Source of the DNA: Bdellovibrio sp.
GTDB lineage: Bacteria > Bdellovibrionota > Bdellovibrionia > Bdellovibrionales > Bdellovibrionaceae
Assembly: GCA_046318155.1 (NCBI GenBank)
Contig: JBKCUU010000110.1
Location: forward strand, 1-12,459
Direction: 5' to 3'
DNA length: 12,459 nucleotides
The notes under the pieces were generated by a model. That model was not told the DNA's origin. It made no database searches and saw only the letters and a program-made list of their open reading frames with translations. Each line of letters begins with the position of its first letter. Positions within the stretch are counted from its first letter, which is position 1. A program made the translations under genes and the position numbers. Positions 1 through 9,122 of the stretch are shown here, piece after piece.

Positions 1-40
1 CCCCTCAAACGTACGTGTCTACCAATTCCACCACCCGCGC
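1..40 (-). tRNA. tRNA-Leu(GAG), 5' half (truncated by window edge)
   Basis: Reverse complement reads GCGCGGG-TG-GTG-GAATTGGTAGA-CAC-G-TACGT-TTGAGGG-G. This gives a 7-nt acceptor 5' strand, U8, a Leu-type D arm (GGTGGAATTGGTAGACACG), anticodon stem TACGT and loop TT-GAG-GG, with the anticodon at 6..4. Confidence 0.95.
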
Positions 41-70
41 GCACCGATCAGAACTATGAAACAGAGGGTT

Positions 71-104
71 CCGGCAATTTAGGGCCACCTCTTGATTTCG
101 TCAA
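71..104 (-). promoter_or_regulatory. sigma70 promoter of tRNA-Leu with GC-rich discriminator
   Basis: Minus strand TTGACG (104..99) - 17 nt - TAAATT (81..76), followed by GCCGG, about 35 nt upstream of the mature tRNA 5' end. This is typical stable-RNA promoter architecture. Confidence 0.8.
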
Positions 105-294
105 GCCCACAAATTCGCTTAAAAATCAGGCACTTCGGGCCGCAAGAACAAGCTTTGAACAAACTAGACCACCCATCTTTAACCCCCTTGCGGACTACGT
201 CTGTCATCAAGACAGAGCATGATGCTCGGACGGGTGAGAAACAAGAGGGACCTAGGATGGGGCCCGCGAAGCCCGGTTTCACGCGGAGGAGTTC

Positions 295-414
295 ATGGCA
301 GAACTGCAGATCGTGTTTTGGTTTTGTGGCATTTACTCAGCGGTCGTTGTCAGCAGCCTTTGGTTGTTCCTGGGTGGCGGCGTCTTTCCGGCAGGCAAGA
401 TTCGTGGACGCTGA
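295..414 (+). CDS. small hydrophobic single-TM protein, 39 aa (MAELQIVFWFCGIYSAVVVSSLWLFLGGGVFPAGKIRGR); not in the ORF track
   Basis: SD GGAGGA at 285-290, ATG at 295, TGA at 412-414. Residues 4-34 carry no charge and are mostly hydrophobic, followed by a basic tail KIRGR. A terminator lies downstream at 529-555. Confidence 0.6.
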   Translation: MAELQIVFWFCGIYSAVVVSSLWLFLGGGVFPAGKIRGR

Positions 415-528
415 TGGGGCGAAACTTTGTGAAGAATCTAGAAGTAAGAACTTGTGGTTTGGTTGTCTGGTCTTAAAAAACTGAAGGTTTTTGATGTTTG
501 GAGGTTAGGTGGTTCCCTCCAGATGTCC

Positions 529-555
529 GCGGGGCGAGAGCCCCGCTTTTTTTTT
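529..555 (+). terminator. Rho-independent terminator
   Basis: GCGGGGC-GAGA-GCCCCGC is a perfect 7-bp GC stem with a GNRA tetraloop, followed by T9 (547-555). Confidence 0.9.
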
Positions 556-581
556 GACCTAAACTCTGCTAGTGGTGCGCC

Positions 582-2722
<2,141 letters not shown>

Positions 2723-2792
2723 GGGTTGATTCTCTCTCGGGAAAATGAAAAGTTTGTCTCCTGGTGGTGTTTCCACAGATGGAGTTAAACGA

Positions 2793-3089
2793 ATGAATCC
2801 TGCACAGCCCTCATCTCTTGAGATGTTTCTGCCTTTTGGTTTTATCTTGGTGATCTTTTATTTCATGATTATCCGCCCTCAAGGCAAACGAATAAAAGAA
2901 CAAGAGCGTTTGATCACTGAGCTCAAGCGTGGTGATAGCGTCATCACGCAAAGTGGAATCTTGGGCACGATTGATGGCATGACTGATCTGTACGTCACGC
3001 TCGAGATCGCCCCGAATGTCAAAATCAAGATGCTCAAAAAGCAAATTGCCGGCACCCAAGCCGCCCTCGAAAAACCTGCTAAAAAGTAA
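2793..3089 (+). CDS. yajC: preprotein translocase subunit YajC
   Basis: Single TM ending in FYFMIIRPQ, then LKRGDSVITQSGILGTI. Located between tgt and secD. SD GGAG at 2781-2784 favours ATG 2793 over 2745. Confidence 0.93.
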   Translation: MNPAQPSSLEMFLPFGFILVIFYFMIIRPQGKRIKEQERLITELKRGDSVITQSGILGTIDGMTDLYVTLEIAPNVKIKMLKKQIAGTQAALEKPAKK

Positions 3090-3157
3090 TCAGTCAATTG
3101 ATCATGAAAGTAATCACTCAGCTTAATTAACTCATCAGCCACGGAGTCAAATTCAAC

Positions 3158-4849
3158 ATGGAGAATCTTCGTCTTCGCACCGTCGCGGCCGTACTAGGTG
3201 TTCTGTTCTTCGTCACTTGGGTGATACCCAATGCCGTCGATGTCAGCAAAATCTGGTGGCCCACGCAAAAGAAAATCAACTACGGCTTGGATATCCAAGG
3301 CGGTCTGCACTTGGTCATGGGTGTTGATGTCCCTGCGGTCGTTTCAGAAGGAACGGTGCGCTTGGCCTCGGTTCTCAAGGACGAGTTGATCAAAGAACAA
3401 GTTGAAATTACCGGCGTCATGTCTCCAAAAGCGGCGAATGGTGAGCTTGAAATTGCTTTTAGTGGCGGCGCTGAGGCCAAGAAGAAAATCGAGACCTATT
3501 TGGATACGCGCTATGCTTCGACTCTGCAAAGAATCGCAGATACGGAGTCTTCTGTGACCTACCGGTACTTTGATGCGTACATGACCGATTACAAAAATCG
3601 GGTCATTCAGCAGGCGATCGAGACGATCCGCAACCGGATCGATGAGTTCGGAGTCGCTGAGCCCAGCATTTCGCAACAAGGTGACAACCGTATTCTGGTT
3701 CAGTTGCCCGGGTTGGCGGATGCTGAAAAGGCAAAGGCTTTAATTAACACCGCAGCCAAACTGGATTTCATGTTGGTTGAAGAAAAGTCTCCGGAAGAAA
3801 TCCAAACTTGGATTACCGAGGCCGAGAAGGCGGGTGCCTACTCGCTTGAAAACATGAAGTACTCGGAGTACGTGGCGCGTTTGAACAAAGACTTGGCGAG
3901 CAAGCTTCCAGAGAAAACTTTGATCTTGTTCGAAAAGCCCGAGAATGCGGCCTCGATGGATGTGGCCAAAATTCCTTATTTGGTTCGCACGGATACCGGT
4001 CTTGATGGCGGCGCCTTGGATGATGCTTTTGTCAGCTTTAACGAGTTCGGTGCACCTGAAGTGGCTCTTCGTTTTAACTCGGTCGGAGCCAATCAATTTA
4101 AAATCCTCACGGGCCAAAACGTCGGACGCCGCATGGCCGTCACCTTAGATCGAGTCATTAAAACCGCACCGAACATCCAGACCGAGATCGGCAATGGTTC
4201 CGCTGTCATCACATTAGGTGGTGGGGTTAATCGAGAAAAATCTCTTGAAGAAGCTAAAATGATTTCAACTTCGCTGCGAGCGGGGGCTTTGCCCGCCAGC
4301 CTTGAGCAGCTCGAAGAGCGCCGAGTTGGTCCTTCAATGGGAGCCGACGCCATCAAAAAAGCTCAGTTGGCGTCGCTGTTGGGCGCACTTTGCGTGATTT
4401 TGTTTATCTTGTTCCGTTACAAAACCATGGGCGTGATTTCGGATATCACACTTGTCCTCAATATCATGGGCGTGCTTGCACTCTTGAGTTGGGTCGGGGC
4501 GACTTTGACGCTGCCAGGGATCGCAGGGATCGCCTTGACGGTGGGTTTCGCCGTTGATGCCAATGTTTTGATCAACGAGCGGATGCGCGAAGAACTTCGT
4601 AAGGGTTCAAGCTTTGCGGTCGCTGTTAAAGAAGGTTACGCACGAGCCATGTCGGCGATTTTGGATGCGAATATCACAACTGCGGCAACGGCCGTTGTGT
4701 TGTTGTACTTTGGAACAGGTCCCGTTCGTGGTTTTGCCGTCACCTTGCTCATTGGTATCGTGACCACTCTGTTTGCGAACGTTTTTGTTTCGAAAGTCAT
4801 CGTGGATACCTTGATCTATAAATTCGGCATTAAGAAGATGGCGGTTTAG
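3158..4849 (+). CDS. secD: protein translocase subunit SecD
   Basis: Motifs GLDIQGG, RNRIDEFGVAEP, RILVQLPG, LRAGALPA, VGPSMG, LTLPGIAG...AVDANVLINER, ILDANITT, GTGPVRGFAVTL. GGAG upstream of the ATG. Confidence 0.97.
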   Translation: MENLRLRTVAAVLGVLFFVTWVIPNAVDVSKIWWPTQKKINYGLDIQGGLHLVMGVDVPAVVSEGTVRLASVLKDELIKEQVEITGVMSPKAANGELEIAFSGGAEAKKKIETYLDTRYASTLQRIADTESSVTYRYFDAYMTDYKNRVIQQAIETIRNRIDEFGVAEPSISQQGDNRILVQLPGLADAEKAKALINTAAKLDFMLVEEKSPEEIQTWITEAEKAGAYSLENMKYSEYVARLNKDLASKLPEKTLILFEKPENAASMDVAKIPYLVRTDTGLDGGALDDAFVSFNEFGAPEVALRFNSVGANQFKILTGQNVGRRMAVTLDRVIKTAPNIQTEIGNGSAVITLGGGVNREKSLEEAKMISTSLRAGALPASLEQLEERRVGPSMGADAIKKAQLASLLGALCVILFILFRYKTMGVISDITLVLNIMGVLALLSWVGATLTLPGIAGIALTVGFAVDANVLINERMREELRKGSSFAVAVKEGYARAMSAILDANITTAATAVVLLYFGTGPVRGFAVTLLIGIVTTLFANVFVSKVIVDTLIYKFGIKKMAV

Positions 4850-4850
4850 T

Positions 4851-5798
4851 ATGAGTAAAATGACACATGAAGCGGATTACGGTCGGTTTGATTTCGTTGG
4901 CAAGGTCAATGTATTTGGCGGGATCTCGGTCTTGTTGGTGGTTGCATCGCTGATCTTCTTAGCTGTGCGCGGAATTACTTACGGGATTGATTTTGCAGGT
5001 GGAACTGAAGTTCAAGTTCGCTTTGCACAAACGGTCACGATCGATGAGCTCCGAACTTTCGTTGATGAGCAAAAGCTGCCAAATGTTCACTTGCAAGGTT
5101 TTGGCGGGGATTCGTCCGAGTACATTATCCGGTTTCAAACCAAAACAGGTGCGACAGACAAAGAAACCAACGACACTCAAAATCGATTGGTCAGTTCGCT
5201 CAAAACCAATATTGACACCAAGTTCGCGGACAAGCAGCCCGAAATTCGCCGAGTGGACTCTGTTGGACCTCAGGTGGGTGCCGAGCTCAAGCGTAACGGA
5301 TTTTTGGCTGTCTTTTACTGCTTGTTGATCATTTTGATCTATGTGTCGATGCGCTTTGATTACAAGTACGCTCCCGGAGCGGTTCTCTGTTTGGCGCACG
5401 ATACGATCATTACGCTGGCGATTTTTGTGGCCGTCGGTAAAGAAGTGAACATCCCCATTTTGGCAGCCATTCTGACGCTCATCGGTTACTCACTCAATGA
5501 TACGATCGTGGTGTTTGACCGAATTCGTGAGACCGAAGGTGGTTATAGCGACAAAGGAACTCGCTTTGTGATCAATCGCGCGATCAATGAAATGCTTGAG
5601 CGCACGGTGATCACGTCGGGAACGACTTTTGTCTCGGCTTTGTTCCTTTATATTTTTGCTGATGGAACCGTCTCGGATATCGCGTTTGCGATGTGCGTTG
5701 GGATCTTCTTCGGAACTTACTCGTCCATTTACGTGGCTGCTCCCTTTGCCTTGTTGATGGAAAAAATGAAACATCTTAAGCAGCCAGCTAAGGCTTAA
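4851..5798 (+). CDS. secF: protein translocase subunit SecF
   Basis: Motifs GIDFAGGT, VGPQVG, IGYSLNDTIVVFDRIRE, RTVITSGTT, GTYSSIYVA. Starts 1 nt after the secD stop. Confidence 0.97.
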   Translation: MSKMTHEADYGRFDFVGKVNVFGGISVLLVVASLIFLAVRGITYGIDFAGGTEVQVRFAQTVTIDELRTFVDEQKLPNVHLQGFGGDSSEYIIRFQTKTGATDKETNDTQNRLVSSLKTNIDTKFADKQPEIRRVDSVGPQVGAELKRNGFLAVFYCLLIILIYVSMRFDYKYAPGAVLCLAHDTIITLAIFVAVGKEVNIPILAAILTLIGYSLNDTIVVFDRIRETEGGYSDKGTRFVINRAINEMLERTVITSGTTFVSALFLYIFADGTVSDIAFAMCVGIFFGTYSSIYVAAPFALLMEKMKHLKQPAKA

Positions 5799-5799
5799 G

Positions 5800-7566
5800 A
5801 TGACAAAGGTTTGGCGGTCGCGCGAGCAAGAGGCCTACGCAAAGGGCCTCACCAAGCTGCAAGCCGAACTGCCGGACCTGCTTTGTCGTTTGCTGACCGC
5901 ACGGGGGCTTGTCGATCCCGTGACTGCCCAAGCCCTGATCAATCCACAAATCCGAAGTTTGAAAGATCCTTTTCTTATGCGCGGGATGCGCGAAGGCGCC
6001 GAGCGTTTGGCAACGGCCTTTGAGCGCCGTGAAAAAGTCTGTGTTTATGCCGACTTTGATTTGGATGGGACCTCAGGCCTTGCCCTGTTGTGGGAAGGTC
6101 TGGCAAAGCTAGGGTTCGAGAACTTGATGGGTTACCAACCCAAGCGGCTGTCTGAAGGCTACGGTTTTCACGCCGCGGTGGTCGAAGATCTGCACGCTCA
6201 AGGCGTGTCGGTGATCGTCACTGTGGATGTTGGGATCACGGCGTTTGAAGCCGCGAGCAAAGCCAAGACATTGGGAATTGACGTCGTTTTGACGGATCAC
6301 CACCTGCCGCTTGAAAAGCTGCCAGATGCACTTTGTGTGATCAATCCCAATCAAGCATTCGATGACTCGGGACTGGGTTACCTTTGCGGCGCGGGCGTTG
6401 CTTTTTATTTCTTGCGTGCGCTCAAAAGGGTGCTGGTCGATCGCGGTCTTAAAAAAGAAGAGGAGCTCCCACTTCGTCCGCTGCTTGATTTTTTAACTAT
6501 CGCCACATTAACCGACATGGTTCCCTTGGTCGAAGACAACCGCGCACTGGTGAAGCAGGGGCTCTTGACCTTAAGTCAAACCCAGCGGCCAGGACTGCGA
6601 GCCTTGCTCGATCATTTGAGTTTATCCGGCAAGGCACTTTCGGCACAAGACGTGGCGATCAAGTTTGCACCGAAACTCAATGCGCTGTCGCGAATGGAAA
6701 CAGGTTTGCGCCCCATCGACCTGTTTCGAGCCCCCAATGCTGAATCCGCCGAGCAAATGGTCACCGAAGTGCTCGAGAACAACTCGGCACGGGTTGAGTT
6801 TCAGAGCCAGGGCGAAGCCAAAGCCCTTGAGCTGATCAAAGATTGGACCTATGAGAAATTCGTATTTGTGATGAGCGACGAGTTTCATCGCGGCGTTGTC
6901 GGTTTGATCGCGACCAAAATTTCGGGACTTTTGGGAGTTCCGGCCTTTGTCGGCGCCAAAGGCGCCGATGGCTTGGTGGTGGGCAGCGGGCGACTTCCGA
7001 ATGGATCTGAGATGAATTTGCTGGATGCTCTCACTTCGGCCCAGGCGCACATGAACCGGTTCGGTGGTCACTCGGGTGCCGCTGGTTTTGAGTTTCATTC
7101 TGATCATTTTGAAACCATTGTTCAGACGATGGCCAAGTTTTATGAAGAGAGCGCCAGCAGACCCAATGTGGTCGTGGTCGATTATGATCTTGATGTCACG
7201 CTTCTGGATTTAAGCGAGAGCACCATGAAGTGGCTGGAGACGCTGGGGCCCTACGGTCAAGGCTTTGGCTCGCCGCTCTTGCGCTTGTCGGGAATCAAGT
7301 TGCGTGATCATAAAGTTTTAAAGGGCGGACATCTCAAGCTTTGGTTTGAAGCCGAGCTCGCGGGACGCAAGCCCTTAGAGGCCCTGTACTTCTCTCCGCC
7401 GCCGTCGTTGCGGTCTGTCCAGCTTCTTAAAGGCAGTGAAGTCGAAATTTTGGGCGAGTTGCAATGGAACGTATTTGCCGGACAGCGTACGCTTCAAATG
7501 AACGTTAAAGATCTCAAAATGACATCGCCGCGGCCATCTGAAAACGCCCATGAGGTTTCACCATGA
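5800..7566 (+). CDS. recJ: single-stranded-DNA-specific exonuclease RecJ (DHH/DHHA1)
   Basis: Motifs YADFDLDG, TVDVG, TDHH, LCGAGVAF, TLTDMVPL, APKLNA, GVVGLIA, GSGR, FGGHSGAAG, and a C-terminal OB-like region (LGPYGQG, HLKL). Confidence 0.95.
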   Translation: MTKVWRSREQEAYAKGLTKLQAELPDLLCRLLTARGLVDPVTAQALINPQIRSLKDPFLMRGMREGAERLATAFERREKVCVYADFDLDGTSGLALLWEGLAKLGFENLMGYQPKRLSEGYGFHAAVVEDLHAQGVSVIVTVDVGITAFEAASKAKTLGIDVVLTDHHLPLEKLPDALCVINPNQAFDDSGLGYLCGAGVAFYFLRALKRVLVDRGLKKEEELPLRPLLDFLTIATLTDMVPLVEDNRALVKQGLLTLSQTQRPGLRALLDHLSLSGKALSAQDVAIKFAPKLNALSRMETGLRPIDLFRAPNAESAEQMVTEVLENNSARVEFQSQGEAKALELIKDWTYEKFVFVMSDEFHRGVVGLIATKISGLLGVPAFVGAKGADGLVVGSGRLPNGSEMNLLDALTSAQAHMNRFGGHSGAAGFEFHSDHFETIVQTMAKFYEESASRPNVVVVDYDLDVTLLDLSESTMKWLETLGPYGQGFGSPLLRLSGIKLRDHKVLKGGHLKLWFEAELAGRKPLEALYFSPPPSLRSVQLLKGSEVEILGELQWNVFAGQRTLQMNVKDLKMTSPRPSENAHEVSP

Positions 7567-7877
7567 ATGAGAAAAAAAGAATTAAGAAAAATGAAGTTAA
7601 GAAATCATTGGTCAAGAGATCCGTCGCGGCGACGCTAACGGCTCGCCGGATGATGGATGAAAAGTTGGCTGAATTTACACCGGCTCTGAAACACAAGCTC
7701 TTTGAAGTGCAGGGCCAAATTCAAACAGGCGATTTGCGTAGTCTTGGAATGAAAGTACTCGAACGAGCAAAAGAGATTTCGACTAAGATCAAAGAGGCGG
7801 GCGGTCTGGGGACACCTGGCAAAGGAGCGACCCTAACAAAGCCAGGTTCTTCTAAAAAGAGTCCCCAAAAAAAATGA
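7563..7877 (+). CDS. hypothetical small basic (Lys-rich) protein, 104 aa
   Basis: Fills the recJ-queC gap exactly, with ATGA overlaps at both ends (7563-7566 and 7874-7877). About 20 Lys + 6 Arg versus about 10 acidic residues. No family recognised. Confidence 0.75.
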   Translation: MNEKKRIKKNEVKKSLVKRSVAATLTARRMMDEKLAEFTPALKHKLFEVQGQIQTGDLRSLGMKVLERAKEISTKIKEAGGLGTPGKGATLTKPGSSKKSPQKK

Positions 7878-8551
7878 AAAAAAGCGTCGTTCTCCTGAGC
7901 GCAGGTTTGGATTCGACGGTTAATTTTTATCAAGCTCTGCAAGAGTCCAACGTCGTTTTAGCTGTGACCTTCGATTACGGACAGCGGGCAGCTGGCCGTG
8001 AAATCCAGGCCGCTCTAAAAATTTGTCAGGCGAGCGGAGTCTCTCACCAGTCGATCGAACTGCCATTTTTTAAAATTTGGGGTGGCTCAAGTCTTGTCGA
8101 TTTAAGCAAAGAAATTCCGTTGGGTTCTGACGTTTCGATTGATGACTTTAAAATCTCACAGCAGACCGCAAAATCGGTTTGGGTTCCGAACCGTAATGGC
8201 GTGTTTCTCAATATCGCGGCTGGGTTTGCCGAAGCGGCGGGTGCCGCCTGGGTGATCCCTGGATTTAATAAAGAAGAGGCCGCCACCTTTCCGGATAACT
8301 CCGAAGAGTTTTTGCAGCAAACAAGCAAAAGTTTTTCGTATTCAACCGCCAATCGCGTCCAGGTTAAGTGCTTTACGACGGCCATGAGTAAGTCTGAAAT
8401 CGTCAAACGCGGCCTCGAGCTTGGCGTTGATTTTGGTCTTATGTGGCCCTGTTATCAGGCGGCCTCAAAGTGGTGCGGTCAATGTGAGTCTTGCTTACGC
8501 AGTCGCCGGGCGCTTGAATCGCAGGGTCTGAAATGGAGTGATTTGACATGA
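7874..8551 (+). CDS. queC: 7-cyano-7-deazaguanine (preQ0) synthase QueC
   Basis: PP-loop LLSAGLDS, TFDYGQR, GGSSL, WVPNRN, FPDNS, SKSEIV, and Zn ligands WPCY...CGQCESC. Confidence 0.93.
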   Translation: MKKSVVLLSAGLDSTVNFYQALQESNVVLAVTFDYGQRAAGREIQAALKICQASGVSHQSIELPFFKIWGGSSLVDLSKEIPLGSDVSIDDFKISQQTAKSVWVPNRNGVFLNIAAGFAEAAGAAWVIPGFNKEEAATFPDNSEEFLQQTSKSFSYSTANRVQVKCFTTAMSKSEIVKRGLELGVDFGLMWPCYQAASKWCGQCESCLRSRRALESQGLKWSDLT

Positions 8552-9105
8552 AGACGCATTTTGATTCTAAAAACCTCAAGTATGACGGGACGCAATTGCG
8601 CGCTCTTCGCAACTATCTGGAGTACGGTCTTTTAGGTGACAGCGTGCTGGCCTGGATTGGGCCTTGCCAGATTTCGCTTGAGCACATGGTCGATGGCGAG
8701 GACTTGCGTGAACAAGCAAAAATCGAAGGCAGCGAGATGATTCATTTCATTTTCGAAGTTTTTGACGTGCCATTGGTCGCAGGTGTTTGCTTGCAGCGTT
8801 TGATGGCGGACCATGTCCGAGCCTTGATTCTTGAAAAAACCAAAGGCAAAACAGCGCTCACGCGCCAGGGTGATGACCTTTACTTTGATTCTAAAAAGCT
8901 TTCGATTTCAATTGCAACCAAGTCTGTCAACTCGGTGCTTGTGCATTTTGCCTTGAATGTTCGTAATGACGGAACGCCAGTTTCCACCTGCGCCTTGTCC
9001 GATTTTGCCTTAGAGGCCGTTCCGTTTGCGCAAGAAGCCTGCATCCGCATTGCCGAAGAGTGGGTTTCGATTAAAGACGCCACTTGGAAGATTCGCGCGG
9101 TCTAA
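8548..9105 (+). CDS. DUF366 family protein (BPL/LplA-like fold)
   Basis: Motifs YDGTQL, GLLGDS, GPC, MVDGEDL, MIHFIFE, LQRL, RQGDDLY...KKLSISIAT, HFALNV, GTPV match my recollection of DUF366 sequences. ATGA overlap with the queC stop. Confidence 0.85.
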   Translation: MKTHFDSKNLKYDGTQLRALRNYLEYGLLGDSVLAWIGPCQISLEHMVDGEDLREQAKIEGSEMIHFIFEVFDVPLVAGVCLQRLMADHVRALILEKTKGKTALTRQGDDLYFDSKKLSISIATKSVNSVLVHFALNVRNDGTPVSTCALSDFALEAVPFAQEACIRIAEEWVSIKDATWKIRAV

Positions 9106-9122
9106 CTTCGAAAGGTTTATGT

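Noticed and set aside
230..300. c-di-GMP-I riboswitch-like sequence (GGGAC, CGCGAAGC)
   Set aside because: No GGCAAAC...GAAA-tetraloop P2 and no receptor-containing P3 arrangement.
79..484. Track ORFs 79..282(-), 92..484(+) and 219..476(+)
   Set aside because: No SD or recognisable family, they overlap the tRNA promoter or structured elements, and the 295-414 ORF in the third plus frame has much better signals.
440..486. preQ1-I riboswitch upstream of queA (AAAAAACTGA at 475-484 resembles the AAAAAACUA tail)
   Set aside because: The preceding sequence lacks the compact P1 stem and the UUC-containing loop needed for the pseudoknot. Only the A-tail matches.
7874..9105. QueC as part of an anti-phage or DNA-modification system (Dpd, QatABCD, CBASS type IV)
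   Set aside because: No dpdA, TatD, ATPase or CD-NTase neighbours. The tgt is a canonical tRNA enzyme and the context is housekeeping.
9104..9122. Bidirectional terminator between DUF366 and the Na/Pi cotransporter
   Set aside because: Only a weak 5-bp stem (AACTT-CGAA-AGGTT) with no proper U-tract.
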